A stretch of 55,291 bases of DNA from Thermoprotei archaeon (GCA_049976445.1 JBMFIF010000004.1:1-55291), one strand, 5' to 3'. Positions 18,872 to 29,599 are shown, numbered from the stretch's first letter. Numbers and translations are program-made. Notes: generated by a model not told the origin, from the letters alone.

Positions 18872-19324
18872 TTAAAAATGTTTTTGCCATGATTTTCGTT
18901 CAAGTTCTATTTCTTGTTGTTGCAGTTCCTTACTTTTTGGTGCTATCCAGTCTAAAAATTCATACGGATTATTGGTTTCTACTATTATAGTTATTGGGCC
19001 TAATGCTGATTCTTTTTCAGGCGCAGAGAATGAGACCTTACCCATGTATGCTGCTTGTTTGTTAAGGTAAAATTCTATAATGCCCTGCTTGAATTTTGGT
19101 GTTGATTTAATTACCTTACGTGCAGCATCTAATATGTACGATTTTCTTATGAGCTCTTTAAGTTTTTGTAAGCTATTAATATCATTACTATAAGCTACAA
19201 TGATTTTCCCATATTCATATTCTTCTGTATCAATTTTTTCGGGAGTAAATACATTGTATAGTGCTTTTAAAACTTTGTTTTCATCTTCAGTAAACCTAGC
19301 TTCAACTTTAGCTGTAATCCTCAT
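18872..19324 (-). CDS. UPF0201/COG1931-like putative RNA-binding protein
   Basis: 150 aa beginning 'MRITAKVEARFTEDENKV...'. Conserved archaeal pairing with the upstream P-loop kinase-like gene (recollection of the UPF0200/UPF0201 pair). Confidence 0.5.
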   Translation of the reverse strand: MRITAKVEARFTEDENKVLKALYNVFTPEKIDTEEYEYGKIIVAYSNDINSLQKLKELIRKSYILDAARKVIKSTPKFKQGIIEFYLNKQAAYMGKVSFSAPEKESALGPITIIVETNNPYEFLDWIAPKSKELQQQEIELERKSWQKHF

Positions 19325-19325
19325 T

Positions 19326-19883
19326 TTAACTAGCCTCTGTTATAAGTGTTATGAAAATTTTTTCAGCCGTTTCTAATGTATCTTTTAAAGGGCCTTCATT
19401 TATTATCATGTAGTCTGCTAAGGCTATAACAGATCCAATCCCAACTTCTAATTCTCTTAGATCTCTTAATTCAAATTCATTTAATGTTTTTGGGTCATCA
19501 TGTCTCCCTCTTAATAATCCTCTCTGAAATCGTATCTTTGGAGATGCATGAACCGCTACTATTCGAACAATTCCAAAATGTGATTTAAAATAGTTAATTT
19601 CATAAAGACTTCTAACTCCCTCAATAACTACTATGTTACTATCGATTTCTTCTACAATTTCTGAACATAATTTTGCTACTGCATCAGGACCCATTTCTTC
19701 TCTGAGTCTTAGCATAAACTTACCTATCGAATCTCCATCAAATTTTATACCTCTTTTTAATGCCTCACGTCTTACAGCATCTCCCATACTAATTACAGGT
19801 AACCCTAATTGTTCTGCAACTTTAGATACTTCAGTTTTACCAGCTAGAGGCATTCCTGTTATTGCTATGATACGTTTTTTCAT
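19326..19883 (-). CDS. P-loop nucleotide/nucleoside kinase-like protein (UPF0200, dephospho-CoA-kinase/adenylate-kinase-like)
   Basis: Walker A 'ITGMPLAGKTEV'. About 185 aa. ATG at 19883. Confidence 0.6.
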   Translation of the reverse strand: MKKRIIAITGMPLAGKTEVSKVAEQLGLPVISMGDAVRREALKRGIKFDGDSIGKFMLRLREEMGPDAVAKLCSEIVEEIDSNIVVIEGVRSLYEINYFKSHFGIVRIVAVHASPKIRFQRGLLRGRHDDPKTLNEFELRDLRELEVGIGSVIALADYMIINEGPLKDTLETAEKIFITLITEAS

Positions 19884-20038
19884 TTGCGCCCACAAATCAA
19901 AACTCAGTATATGTTAAAATAGTTTCACTTAACAAAAAAGTTTATGAATTTTTAATACACTTCTTACTCTAAGAGTGAGGATTTTAGTTATAACATTAGG
20001 TATATTATGCCTTTTTTACTAAGATAATATGAACTATT

Positions 20039-20596
20039 ATGTCGCAGCTAATAAGATGCTTTATTGCTGTAGATGTGAAGGATGAAAATGTATTAAATAA
20101 AATAATTAGAATACAAAATTTGCTACCTAATGGTTCATTAAAATTAGTTGAAAAAGAAAACATGCATTTCACTCTTAGATTTCTTGGTGAGATTGAACAA
20201 TCGCTTGTTGAAACTATTAGAAATTCGTTAAAATCTGTAAGTTTTAATCCTTTTAACATACACTTAAAAGGTGTTGGTGCTTTTCCATCGTTTCATAAAC
20301 CGAGAGTAGTGTGGATAGGAGTTAGTGAGGGTGCTGAAAATCTAATGAAATTGCATTCAACAATAAATGAAATTCTCAAAAATCTGCATATAAGATTAGA
20401 AGAGGAAGAATTTACTCCTCATTTAACTATTGCACGAGTAAAATATCCTAATAGAGAGCTTCCTCACATTCTGAATGAATTAAAGGATGAGGATTTTGGA
20501 CAAATTATTGTTAAAGCTTTTCAGTTCAAACAAAGTATCTTAACACCTAAAGGACCTATATACAAAGACTTAGAGGTTTATTCAGCAGTATTATAG
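20039..20596 (+). CDS. thpR: RNA 2',3'-cyclic phosphodiesterase / 2'-5' RNA ligase family (ThpR/LigT)
   Basis: Two HxT/S motifs, 'HFTLRFLG' and 'HLTIARV', at the typical spacing. Confidence 0.9.
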   Translation: MSQLIRCFIAVDVKDENVLNKIIRIQNLLPNGSLKLVEKENMHFTLRFLGEIEQSLVETIRNSLKSVSFNPFNIHLKGVGAFPSFHKPRVVWIGVSEGAENLMKLHSTINEILKNLHIRLEEEEFTPHLTIARVKYPNRELPHILNELKDEDFGQIIVKAFQFKQSILTPKGPIYKDLEVYSAVL

Positions 20597-20604
20597 GGAT
20601 TGTC

Positions 20605-21948
20605 ATGAATATCGAGGATATAATAAAACATTTGAAGAACAGGGTAACTCCTAATGAGAATGAAGTTTCCCTCGTAAATACTACTGTTAAAACTGTTGTC
20701 GATAAACTTAATCATGAAATTAAGCAGAGAAATGTTAGTGCCAAGGTTGAGGTGCACGGATCTATAGCGCATGGTACATGGTTGCCAGATGACAGAGATA
20801 TTGATGTTTTTATCTTGTTTGATCCGTCAGTTGGAAAAGAAAAAATAGTTAATGAAGGATTAGAAATTGCAAAATCTGCTTTTCCTGAGCATATAGAACG
20901 TTACGCAGAGCATCCATTCATTACCGCACATGTGAATGGTTTTCTTGTAGATATTGTACCTGCGGCAATGATAAGTGATGCAAGTAAACTAATTACTGCA
21001 GCTGATAGAACACCTTTACATTCAAGATATCTTTCATTAACATTAAACGATGAATTGAGGTTGCATGCGAAGATCTTAAAATTATTCATGAAAAATATAG
21101 GCGTTTATGGTGCTGAGATTAAGGTGGAAGGTTTTAGTGGGTATCTTGTTGAATTATTAACTGTACTCTATAATGGTTTTCCAAATTTTATTAGGAATGC
21201 TGCAAATTGGATACCCTACAAAACTGTTCTACCTAAAGAATATGAGAATATATTTAATGACCCATTAGTAGTGATCGATCCTGTTGATCCTAAAAGAAAT
21301 GTTGCGTCAGCTGTTAGCTTAGAGAATATGTCAATTGTCATACAAGCTTCTAGAGAACTATTAAAGAGACCATCTTTGAAATTTTTTATTTCTCCTAAAA
21401 TGAAAACACTCACTAGATCATCAATCATGGATTTAAGAAAACGAGGTTCACACATTGTTGTCATTGTAGCAAACTGTCCGAAAATACCTCCAGATATGCT
21501 TTGGGGAGAGTTAAAGCACAGTATGAAAGGTATTGCGCGTTTAATGGAAAACTATGAATTTAAAGTCATTGATTTTACATGTTGGAGTGATGAGAGTAAA
21601 ATTATTGCATTATTTTATGAGGTTAAAGAGCTAAAATTACCTAAAATAAAAATCGTGAAAGGACCGCCAATTGGTATGCGTGATTCATGTGAACGATTTA
21701 TAACGTCCCATAATAATGTATGGATACGTGATGGAACATTATACGCCTATTCACAAAGAAATGTAACAGACCTGCTAACCCTTTTAAAAAGCAAAATCTT
21801 TACTGCATCATTAAGTAGACATATTGCAGAAGAATTCAAGAGAGGATTTAAGATATACACAGATTATCAAGTACTAAATCTTAACGGAGGATTATCCATT
21901 CATGCGAGAAAATTCATCGATAAGGGTTTATGGTGGATTAAAGATTAA
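20605..21948 (+). CDS. cca: Archaeal class I CCA-adding enzyme
   Basis: 'HGSIAHGTWLPDDRDIDVFILF' nucleotidyltransferase motif, 'RTPLHSRY', 'GAEIKVEGFSGY'. 447 aa. Confidence 0.9.
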   Translation: MNIEDIIKHLKNRVTPNENEVSLVNTTVKTVVDKLNHEIKQRNVSAKVEVHGSIAHGTWLPDDRDIDVFILFDPSVGKEKIVNEGLEIAKSAFPEHIERYAEHPFITAHVNGFLVDIVPAAMISDASKLITAADRTPLHSRYLSLTLNDELRLHAKILKLFMKNIGVYGAEIKVEGFSGYLVELLTVLYNGFPNFIRNAANWIPYKTVLPKEYENIFNDPLVVIDPVDPKRNVASAVSLENMSIVIQASRELLKRPSLKFFISPKMKTLTRSSIMDLRKRGSHIVVIVANCPKIPPDMLWGELKHSMKGIARLMENYEFKVIDFTCWSDESKIIALFYEVKELKLPKIKIVKGPPIGMRDSCERFITSHNNVWIRDGTLYAYSQRNVTDLLTLLKSKIFTASLSRHIAEEFKRGFKIYTDYQVLNLNGGLSIHARKFIDKGLWWIKD

Positions 21949-22702
21949 GCCCTTAAGTTTTGATGATCCACGTTTGCTAAAGCTTATATGTTATCCATCT
22001 ATTGAAAATTGTAACATTAAAGCAAAAATTCTTGAACTAAAAGAACTGGGCATAAGACCCTGCATTGGTGGTCGTGTAGAACTTCATGGTGGATTACAAG
22101 TTTTAGGTAAAGGTACTACGAGTATTGTTACGTTTGGATTGATTAATAATAGTGTGGTTGCATTAAAAATACTACGTTGTGATTCAAACAGAGAATCCTT
22201 AGAAAGAGAAGCAAAAATCTTACAATTAGTAAATAATGTTGGTGTAGGTCCTAAATTAATCTTGTACTCAAAGAATTTTCTTGTCATAGAATTTGTAAAA
22301 GGACGAACTCTTGATGAAATTTTATTAAATGGATCTTTTACGTGCATTTCGAGAACTCTTGATAAATTGTTTTTACAATGTTTTAAATTGGATTCTATAG
22401 GAATCGATCACGGAGAACTTTCTACACCAAAAAAGCACATTTATGTATACAGATGTAATCCGATAATAATAGATTTTGAAACAGCAAGTTTTTCACGAAG
22501 GCCATCAAATTTAACTGCAATTATAGGACATGTATTCTTTAAAAAAACGTTAATATCTGAGCGCATACGGTCATTATTTAAACTTGACAATCTGAGACTT
22601 CAAAAACTGAGAGAGAATTTAAAATTATATAAAGAGAAGCCCAATTATGAACAGTTTTTAGTTATAAAAAGTATAATATTCACTAATAAACCTCTAGCTT
22701 AA
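21902..22702 (+). CDS. Predicted Ser/Thr protein kinase (COG2112-like)
   Basis: 'GKGTTSIV', 'VALKILR' (VAIK-like) and 'IDHGELS' (catalytic-loop-like). Overlaps the cca 3' end by 47 nt if the ATG at 21902 is used. Confidence 0.6.
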   Translation: MRENSSIRVYGGLKIKPLSFDDPRLLKLICYPSIENCNIKAKILELKELGIRPCIGGRVELHGGLQVLGKGTTSIVTFGLINNSVVALKILRCDSNRESLEREAKILQLVNNVGVGPKLILYSKNFLVIEFVKGRTLDEILLNGSFTCISRTLDKLFLQCFKLDSIGIDHGELSTPKKHIYVYRCNPIIIDFETASFSRRPSNLTAIIGHVFFKKTLISERIRSLFKLDNLRLQKLRENLKLYKEKPNYEQFLVIKSIIFTNKPLA

Positions 22703-22891
22703 AGACAAAGGAGGCTATTGTTTCTTAATGGAATAATCATCATTTTCCTTGATGAGTCCACGTTATGATTACATATGTAACTTTAGAATTACTTTTGTGT
22801 TCTAGAAAAATATTCTTGTATTTTGTTCTGAGTTGGATGATTGAATGAGTACAGTTAAATAGATTTTAGTAATTGATTTTATTGTGTAGAC

Positions 22892-24232
22892 ATGGAACAT
22901 CCAATATTATCACGATACTCGTATCCTGAAATGCGATATGTATTTAGTGAGGAGGCAAAATTAGAAAGATGGCTGAAAGTTGAAGCAGCATTAGCTAAAG
23001 CACAAGCGTTAGTCGGAAATATTCCTCTAGAAGCAGCTGAAATAATTATTTCAAAAGCTTCGCTTAAGTATGTGAAGCTTAATAGAGTACGCGAGTTGGA
23101 ACATATCTATGAGCATGATCTATTTGCTATGGTTGAAGCTCTAGCAGAAGTATGTGGTGATGCTGGTAAGTATGTACACTTAGGTGCAACAAGCTATGAT
23201 ATAGAAGATACAGCGCTTGCTCTCGCAATACGTGATGCTTTATCTATAATAGAAGATGACTTATATTCGTTAAGAGACACATTAATTGATTTAGCAATAC
23301 GATATAGGGATCTAGTTTGTATTGGAAGGACTCACGGTCAACACGCCCTTCCTATTACTTATGGAATGAAATTTGCGTTGTGGGCTGTTGAAATTCAAAG
23401 ACATATAGAGAGGTTAAGTGAGGTTCGAAAAAGAGCTGTTGTAGGTAAGATGAGTGGAGCTGTTGGTACAATGGCTGGGTTTGGTTCATATGGTATTAAA
23501 ATTCAAGAGTTAGTCATGAGGGAGTTAGGATTAGAGTATGAACCAATTTCTAATCAGGTTGTTCAAAGAGATAGGCATGCGGAAGTCATTATGTTACTTG
23601 CGTTGATAGCATCGTCATTAGATAAAATTGCTAAAGAGATCAGGAATCTTCAAAGAACTGAGATCGCTGAGGTTTTCGAACCATTTGGAGAGCGACAAGC
23701 TGGTTCATCTACAATGCCACATAAGAGAAACCCAAATAAAAGTGAAAGGATTTGTAGCTTAGCAAGGTATGTGAAAGCTCTTGTCCTTCCTGCTCTTGAG
23801 AATATTTCACTTGAACATGAGAGAGATCTAACAAACTCGGCTAATGAAAGAATAATCATCCCGGATGCTTTTATGGTTGTTGATTACATGCTCCGTCAGA
23901 TGAATGATGTTCTTAAAAAACTTGAAATAAACGAGAAGAATATAAGACGTAATTTAGAACTTACTGATGGTCTCATAATGGCTGAACGTATAATGTTAGA
24001 GTTAGTTCGAAAGGATGTTCCTAGGCAAGAAGCTTATAAAATCATCAGAGACCTTAGCTTAAAGTCAATAAAGGAGGGTAAACCGTTTAGAGAAGTGCTT
24101 GAGAATGACCCAACAATTTCGAAATTAATAGATGAAAGTAGTTTGAAAGTATTAATCAATCCATATACTTATATTGGAAACGCTAGAGAGATTGTCGACA
24201 ATGTAATAATGATGCTTAAAAGTAAAAGATAG
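22892..24232 (+). CDS. purB: Adenylosuccinate lyase
   Basis: Fumarate-lyase signature 'GSSTMPHKRNP'. 446 aa with PurB-like N- and C-termini. Confidence 0.95.
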   Translation: MEHPILSRYSYPEMRYVFSEEAKLERWLKVEAALAKAQALVGNIPLEAAEIIISKASLKYVKLNRVRELEHIYEHDLFAMVEALAEVCGDAGKYVHLGATSYDIEDTALALAIRDALSIIEDDLYSLRDTLIDLAIRYRDLVCIGRTHGQHALPITYGMKFALWAVEIQRHIERLSEVRKRAVVGKMSGAVGTMAGFGSYGIKIQELVMRELGLEYEPISNQVVQRDRHAEVIMLLALIASSLDKIAKEIRNLQRTEIAEVFEPFGERQAGSSTMPHKRNPNKSERICSLARYVKALVLPALENISLEHERDLTNSANERIIIPDAFMVVDYMLRQMNDVLKKLEINEKNIRRNLELTDGLIMAERIMLELVRKDVPRQEAYKIIRDLSLKSIKEGKPFREVLENDPTISKLIDESSLKVLINPYTYIGNAREIVDNVIMMLKSKR

Positions 24233-24240
24233 GGAGAATT

Positions 24241-24738
24241 ATGTTAATAGTCGTCACGAGTAAGCCTGGTAAAGAAATGCGAGCATTCAATGAAATAATG
24301 GATTTATTTTTATCATGCGGAATTGCAGCATCAAGATCATCGATATTCAGTTCAAGTGGTGTTTTTGTAATAGACGCAGATTGTGATATACATATACTAG
24401 CTAAGTATCTTAGAGGATATAAGAGGATTTATTCGTTAAAAGTAATGCCTCTTCAACTTATAGTTGATAATGTGTTGGAGGATTTAGCTAATGGAGTGCT
24501 TAATCTAATGAAAGGTTATAAGGGTACGTTTGCTGTTCGTGCAGTAAAAAGAGGTAAAATTAGTGTAAAAACTATAGAAGATTATCTTGGAGCAGTGATC
24601 GTTAAAGAACTAGGTTTAAATGTGAATTTACGTAATCCTGATCATGTAATAATTGTTGAAGGATTAGGTTCTAAGGCTGGTATTAGTATTCTTAATCCTG
24701 AATTATATTTATTATTTACTAGAAAGAAGAGGATTTAA
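24241..24738 (+). CDS. THUMP-domain protein
   Basis: 165 aa. 'FAVRAVKRG...' and 'PDHVIIVE' resemble stand-alone archaeal THUMP proteins. Confidence 0.5.
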   Translation: MLIVVTSKPGKEMRAFNEIMDLFLSCGIAASRSSIFSSSGVFVIDADCDIHILAKYLRGYKRIYSLKVMPLQLIVDNVLEDLANGVLNLMKGYKGTFAVRAVKRGKISVKTIEDYLGAVIVKELGLNVNLRNPDHVIIVEGLGSKAGISILNPELYLLFTRKKRI

Positions 24739-26894
24739 GATATGAGCTCTTTTTGTTCAAAGAATTTTCTAATGGAACGTAATGTTTCTGGGCCTATACC
24801 TGGTATTTTTAAGATTTCTGAATCCTTTGCTTGTGCTATTTTTTCTAGTGATGTAAAACCATAATTGTAGAGGACTCTAGCTTTTACCCTACCAATTCCA
24901 GGTATTTTAACTAATTCTAATAATTCCTCTTTTACACCATCTGCTAAACGTTTGTAGAGTTTATTTAATTCTTTTGCATGATTCATTTTATTTAGAAGTT
25001 TCATAAGCTCGTATGCTGCATAACATATCCAGTGTGCTGTTTGGGTATAGCTGTATATATCGCCTGAACCTACATTGTACATGTCTACAATATCTTCTTC
25101 TTTAACTTCGTTTATCCAATCGTTTAACATTAAGGCTGTTTTTAACTCGTAGGCTATTAATCTAGCATCATCTTCATCATATATATCATAATTGAGCCTT
25201 ACTGGTAATTCATCAATATATGGTTCAGCTTTCTCTATTATAACTCTTAATTCCCTCCTATTTACTGATAATTTTGGCATATCATCAGTAAGAACAATAG
25301 TATAGAGGTAACCGAAAGCTGTTAGGCTCTCACGTTTATTTAATATACTAATTATTGTGTAGGCTGAACTTGGATCAATGTAAAGTTCTGCAACACGTTT
25401 TCCTAGAGCCGTCGCAGAAAACCTTCCTTCATTTTCCTCTAAAAATCCTGATGATACTAGATATCGTAAAATCCTATTAGCAACCAATTGTACATGTTGC
25501 GAGCCTACAGTATACGCATAAAATGTTTTTGAGAGGAATTTATGCATGGATTGAGTGTCTGAAACAACATCTGTTGCAAAAAGTGAAAGAATGTGAGACC
25601 TCATGGCAGATTCATTATCAAGCTTCGAACTTATATCCTCTATATTACCATTTACGTATTCGTCAAGTAATCTTTTCACGTGCAGTTTACCTGGTGCGAT
25701 TATAATAGCTTCACCGTATTCATCGTATTTTGGTCTTCCAGCCCTACCTGCGAGTTGCTTATATTCCATAATAGGAATCTCTTCGGATATACCTTCTCTC
25801 ACGTTAAATCTATGTAATTCTGCGACTATTACTCGTCTGGCAGGAACATTCACGCCAGCAGCCAATGTAGGCGTTGCACAAATAATTTTTAAGATCCTAT
25901 CTCTGAACAATTTTTCTATAATACTCCTAGCATGATAAGAGAGCCCAGCATGATGAAACGCTACACCATTTTTTACAAGATTTGCCAAATCTAATGTGAT
26001 TTTATCCTCAGAAATCTTAATCAATGTTTCAGCAGCTTCTCTTAATATTCTCTTCTCATCATCAGTAAGAAATTTAGGCACAGAATCTTCATGCTTATGC
26101 GCATATCTAACAGCTGACTGTCTTGTACTAGCAAAAACAAGTGCTTGTCCACCGTTTTTTAAAGTATCTATTGACAGATTAACCACACTAGACTCATGAA
26201 TAATAGGTATTTTTTTCTTATCACCATTATCATAATATATCATTCCATCATAATATACACCTTCTCTAAGAGGAACAGGTCTCCAATCAGTTTCTATACA
26301 GCTTGCATTAAGCCATTCAGCTATCTCCTCAGCATTACCGATGGTTGCACTTAATGCCATGATCTGTGCTTCTGGCAGCTCTGTTCTTAATCTAGTTAAA
26401 AGAAATTCTAATGTTGGTCCTCTTTCAATAGAATCTAACAAATGTATTTCATCAGCTACTATTAATCCTACATCGCGTAACCATGAAGCGTGATGCCTCA
26501 AAAGGCTATCAGCTTTTTCATTCGTCGTAACTATGATATCATAATCTTTGAGCCATGGATCTGAACTATCGTAATCGCCTGTAGATATAGCAACGCGAAT
26601 ACCACCCTTTTCATACATCTTCAAATCCTCATATTTTTCAGAGGCTATAGCACGAAGTGGCGTTAGATAAAGTGTTTTTAAACCCTTTTCATAGAAGAGT
26701 TTAAATGCTGCAAGTAATGCAACTAATGTCTTTCCTGATGCTGTAGGGCTGGCTAAAACTAAATTTTTTCCGTGTAAAGCTCCTGCCTCGATTGCTTTAA
26801 TTTGTGGTGGGTATAGCTCGTTGATCTGGTTTGCTTTTAATATTTCAACAATTTTTTCAGGTATGCCGTAAATCTTTAGTTCATCGATTTTCAT
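24735..26894 (-). CDS. hel308: Hel308/Hjm Ski2-like DNA helicase
   Basis: 'LASPTASGKT', 'DEIHLL', 'SATIGN', 'GRAGRP', and a C-terminal HhH-like 'IPGIGRVKA...IPGIGPETL'. 719 aa. Confidence 0.9.
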   Translation of the reverse strand: MKIDELKIYGIPEKIVEILKANQINELYPPQIKAIEAGALHGKNLVLASPTASGKTLVALLAAFKLFYEKGLKTLYLTPLRAIASEKYEDLKMYEKGGIRVAISTGDYDSSDPWLKDYDIIVTTNEKADSLLRHHASWLRDVGLIVADEIHLLDSIERGPTLEFLLTRLRTELPEAQIMALSATIGNAEEIAEWLNASCIETDWRPVPLREGVYYDGMIYYDNGDKKKIPIIHESSVVNLSIDTLKNGGQALVFASTRQSAVRYAHKHEDSVPKFLTDDEKRILREAAETLIKISEDKITLDLANLVKNGVAFHHAGLSYHARSIIEKLFRDRILKIICATPTLAAGVNVPARRVIVAELHRFNVREGISEEIPIMEYKQLAGRAGRPKYDEYGEAIIIAPGKLHVKRLLDEYVNGNIEDISSKLDNESAMRSHILSLFATDVVSDTQSMHKFLSKTFYAYTVGSQHVQLVANRILRYLVSSGFLEENEGRFSATALGKRVAELYIDPSSAYTIISILNKRESLTAFGYLYTIVLTDDMPKLSVNRRELRVIIEKAEPYIDELPVRLNYDIYDEDDARLIAYELKTALMLNDWINEVKEEDIVDMYNVGSGDIYSYTQTAHWICYAAYELMKLLNKMNHAKELNKLYKRLADGVKEELLELVKIPGIGRVKARVLYNYGFTSLEKIAQAKDSEILKIPGIGPETLRSIRKFFEQKELIS

Positions 26895-26915
26895 CTCTTT
26901 TACCTCATAATAAGA

Positions 26916-28961
26916 TTAGCTTACTAACTTAAGGTAACCTGGTTTTGATTCATAAACTGTGCCATCAGCTCTCAGTTTTTTTAATGCGTTTTCGATGTGT
27001 TCTCTTGATATGCCCTCACTTTCTAATTTACTGAAAAGCTGCTCCTCTTCTATCTCACCGCCAGCTTCCTTTATCTTTTTAATCATGTATGATATGAGGT
27101 CTCTTTTACTTTTTGGCATTCCAGTATAGACAATATCAACATCATACATGCCAGTCGTCCTGTCGTATAACGTCTCCTCTAGCATCTTCTTTATTAGATT
27201 TATTGCTGCTTGGGCGTCTTCAGCAGTAACTACGTTACTAAGCCTCATCTTAGCTCTAGCTTCACTCAATCTAATAATAGCTTCTAGCTGTCTTGCGGTT
27301 ATAGGTATTGGGCCACCAGAGGAAGCTCTAGCCCTTAAATTCTGATAAAAGTTTTTAATTAATCCTTTTGCTTCGTCGGTTACTTTTGGTTTTATATAGC
27401 GTCTAGCATATATTATGTATTTTCTAAGTATGTCAGGAGAAATGAGAGAGTTTGATTTGCTTTCAGGATGTTGATGAAGAGATAATATATGTTCGGAAAG
27501 AGCTTCGTCTTGTTCAGGACTAGGTATATCTCTAATCGGCCAAATTAGGTCAAATCTGCTAAGTAATGTTTCTGGTAAATTAATATTCTCAGCAATAGTT
27601 CTATTAATGTCAAACCTACCTAAATAAGGATTTGCTGCAGCTAATACAGATGTCCTTGCATTTAACGTTGCGACAATTCCAGCTTTTGCGATACTTACTG
27701 TCTGTTGTTCTAATGCTTCATGCATTGCTGAGCGATCTTCAGTTTTCATTTTATCGATCTCATCTATACATGCTATACCACCATCTGCTAAGACTAATGC
27801 TCCAGCTTCAAGATAAAATTCATTGGTTGCTTTATCACGAACAACAGCTGCTGTAAGTCCTGCTGCAGTTGAACCTTTCCCTGAAGTATATAATCCTCTT
27901 GGTACGAGGCTTGCCACATAGCGTAATATTTGTGTTTTTCCTGTACCTGGATCTCCTACTAATAAAATGTTTATGTCACCTCGTATTCTTGTACCATCGG
28001 CTGCAACTTTCGGCACACCACCGAAAAGCTGGTAGGCAATACTTTCTTTCACGTGTCTATAACCGTAAATGCTTGGTGCAATACTATCAATAATTTTATC
28101 TATTATTAAAGGATCTTTTGCAAGATTCAAGATTTTCTCTTCATCATCTTTTGAAATTTCAATGTCTTCTATACTTTTTTCTTTTATCTCTATACTATTC
28201 GCCTCTATATAACTGTAATATAAATCTTGACCTGTACGCTCTTTCTCTATTCTAACAATGCCAACAACTGTTACTCTATTACCTGGTTGTGCAGTATCAA
28301 CTAGATCCTCCACTAATAATATTTCTGTGCTTCTGGGTAGTTGTCCTGGTAACAAGTTTTCTGGTTTTTCCTGTATGAACATGCGTTGTATATCCATTAA
28401 TGTTGATCTCTCTTTTATTAATATCATTTTGCCTTCGTATTCACAATCTGGATTTGGACATTTTCCTGAGGTTCTGATTTTTCCATCTTCATCACGTAAC
28501 ACTTTAAATTCTGTCTTGCATACTGGGCATCTTAGATTGCCTTCGATTATTACATGCCTTACTGTACTAACTTTCGATACAACACCCTCAACAGCTATTA
28601 GTTTATTTACATGTTTTGCCCTAATGTTACGAACATCAACATAGCTTTCTTCTGGTAAACCTTTGAACCTTGGGTAAAATTTTCTTACATTCTTTGCATA
28701 GTCCTCATCGTAAATGGAGATGATTCGTTTTATAGCTTCGCTTGCCTCTTCTATATGTCTATCGGGATTTTCTAGAAGATCGTGTGCAAGGTCTCTGTCA
28801 TAGTTGAGTAAATCATCAAAGTCTATGATTAGTGAGATCTCGTTTTTTGCAGGCATTGCTTCAATTCGTTCTCTATATTTATATCTTTCACCTACTTGAA
28901 AATATTTAAAGAAGTATTCATATCTTTGCGATAAAATAATAAGATCATCTTTACTAACCAT
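26916..28961 (-). CDS. mcm: MCM replicative helicase
   Basis: Zinc motif 'CPVCKTEF...CPNPDC', Walker A 'GDPGTGKTQ', Walker B 'IDEIDKM', arginine finger 'SRFDLI'. 681 aa. Confidence 0.97.
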   Translation of the reverse strand: MVSKDDLIILSQRYEYFFKYFQVGERYKYRERIEAMPAKNEISLIIDFDDLLNYDRDLAHDLLENPDRHIEEASEAIKRIISIYDEDYAKNVRKFYPRFKGLPEESYVDVRNIRAKHVNKLIAVEGVVSKVSTVRHVIIEGNLRCPVCKTEFKVLRDEDGKIRTSGKCPNPDCEYEGKMILIKERSTLMDIQRMFIQEKPENLLPGQLPRSTEILLVEDLVDTAQPGNRVTVVGIVRIEKERTGQDLYYSYIEANSIEIKEKSIEDIEISKDDEEKILNLAKDPLIIDKIIDSIAPSIYGYRHVKESIAYQLFGGVPKVAADGTRIRGDINILLVGDPGTGKTQILRYVASLVPRGLYTSGKGSTAAGLTAAVVRDKATNEFYLEAGALVLADGGIACIDEIDKMKTEDRSAMHEALEQQTVSIAKAGIVATLNARTSVLAAANPYLGRFDINRTIAENINLPETLLSRFDLIWPIRDIPSPEQDEALSEHILSLHQHPESKSNSLISPDILRKYIIYARRYIKPKVTDEAKGLIKNFYQNLRARASSGGPIPITARQLEAIIRLSEARAKMRLSNVVTAEDAQAAINLIKKMLEETLYDRTTGMYDVDIVYTGMPKSKRDLISYMIKKIKEAGGEIEEEQLFSKLESEGISREHIENALKKLRADGTVYESKPGYLKLVS

Positions 28962-29502
28962 CTAACTCACCATCATTCATTAAATTGATGCGCCATCGAT
29001 TGATTATTTTCACGAGTTTATCATAAAAGATTCGTTCTTCCACTGTTAATTTATCAGTTATCTGTGGGACTTCTTTTAAAGGGATCAGTGTTAAGATTTT
29101 TCTTAATCGTCTTTCTTCTAGATCTGTTAGTAGCTGTTTGTACCTTTTAATGTCATGTTCTGAACTTTTTATGTATCCCTTTTCCATTAGTGAGAGCATC
29201 CATTTGGTTTTTTGATAAAAATAGGGATCTAATTTTTTAAGTTCTTTAGTTTTTTCTTCAGCGAAGACTATTTTATTGAGGACATCTAGGGTTATTTCTG
29301 GTTGAGCAAGCTCACAGTATCCATCCTTCAGAAGAGTATCTGCTATGATTCTTGGTACCTCAATAACTTCGCCTGGGTTAGCAGAGTTAATCGAAATACC
29401 ACCATATTCAAGTTTACACGTGGGTTTAATAATCTTAACTTTAACTAGGTATAAGTCAAATTCAAGCTTTGCTTGTAAAAACGTGTCTTCAATTGAACTC
29501 AT
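28954..29502 (-). CDS. gins23: GINS subunit (Gins23-type)
   Basis: 182 aa. Overlaps the mcm start by 8 nt, which is the conserved crenarchaeal gins23-mcm operon arrangement. C-terminal helical 'LTVEERIFYDKLVKIINRW' is GINS A-domain-like. Confidence 0.7.
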   Translation of the reverse strand: MSSIEDTFLQAKLEFDLYLVKVKIIKPTCKLEYGGISINSANPGEVIEVPRIIADTLLKDGYCELAQPEITLDVLNKIVFAEEKTKELKKLDPYFYQKTKWMLSLMEKGYIKSSEHDIKRYKQLLTDLEERRLRKILTLIPLKEVPQITDKLTVEERIFYDKLVKIINRWRINLMNDGELDG

Positions 29503-29599
29503 TCTATTTCTAAATAATTAACTACATGCAGAGTTAAAAGTTTTTGCTTTTTGATTTTTTAAATAATTTGATTATTATCCCAATGATATATTTTTTAGA

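Noticed and set aside
22760-22860. C/D-box sRNA candidates in the intergenic regions 22703-22891 and 35470-35545
   Set aside because: C-box-like 'UGAUGA' strings are present. I could not find a correctly spaced terminal D box (CUGA) and C'/D' set within 50-70 nt.
28258-28644. Long antisense ORFs inside strongly supported genes: 28258-28644 in mcm, 30342-30731 in rfcL, 10732-11121 in the E1 gene, 8122-8502 in the M20 peptidase, 14572-14946 in proC, 12000-12296 in the thrC-like gene, 25603-25935 in hel308
   Set aside because: Each overlaps a gene with clear catalytic motifs on the other strand and has no motif of its own. I treated them all as shadow ORFs.
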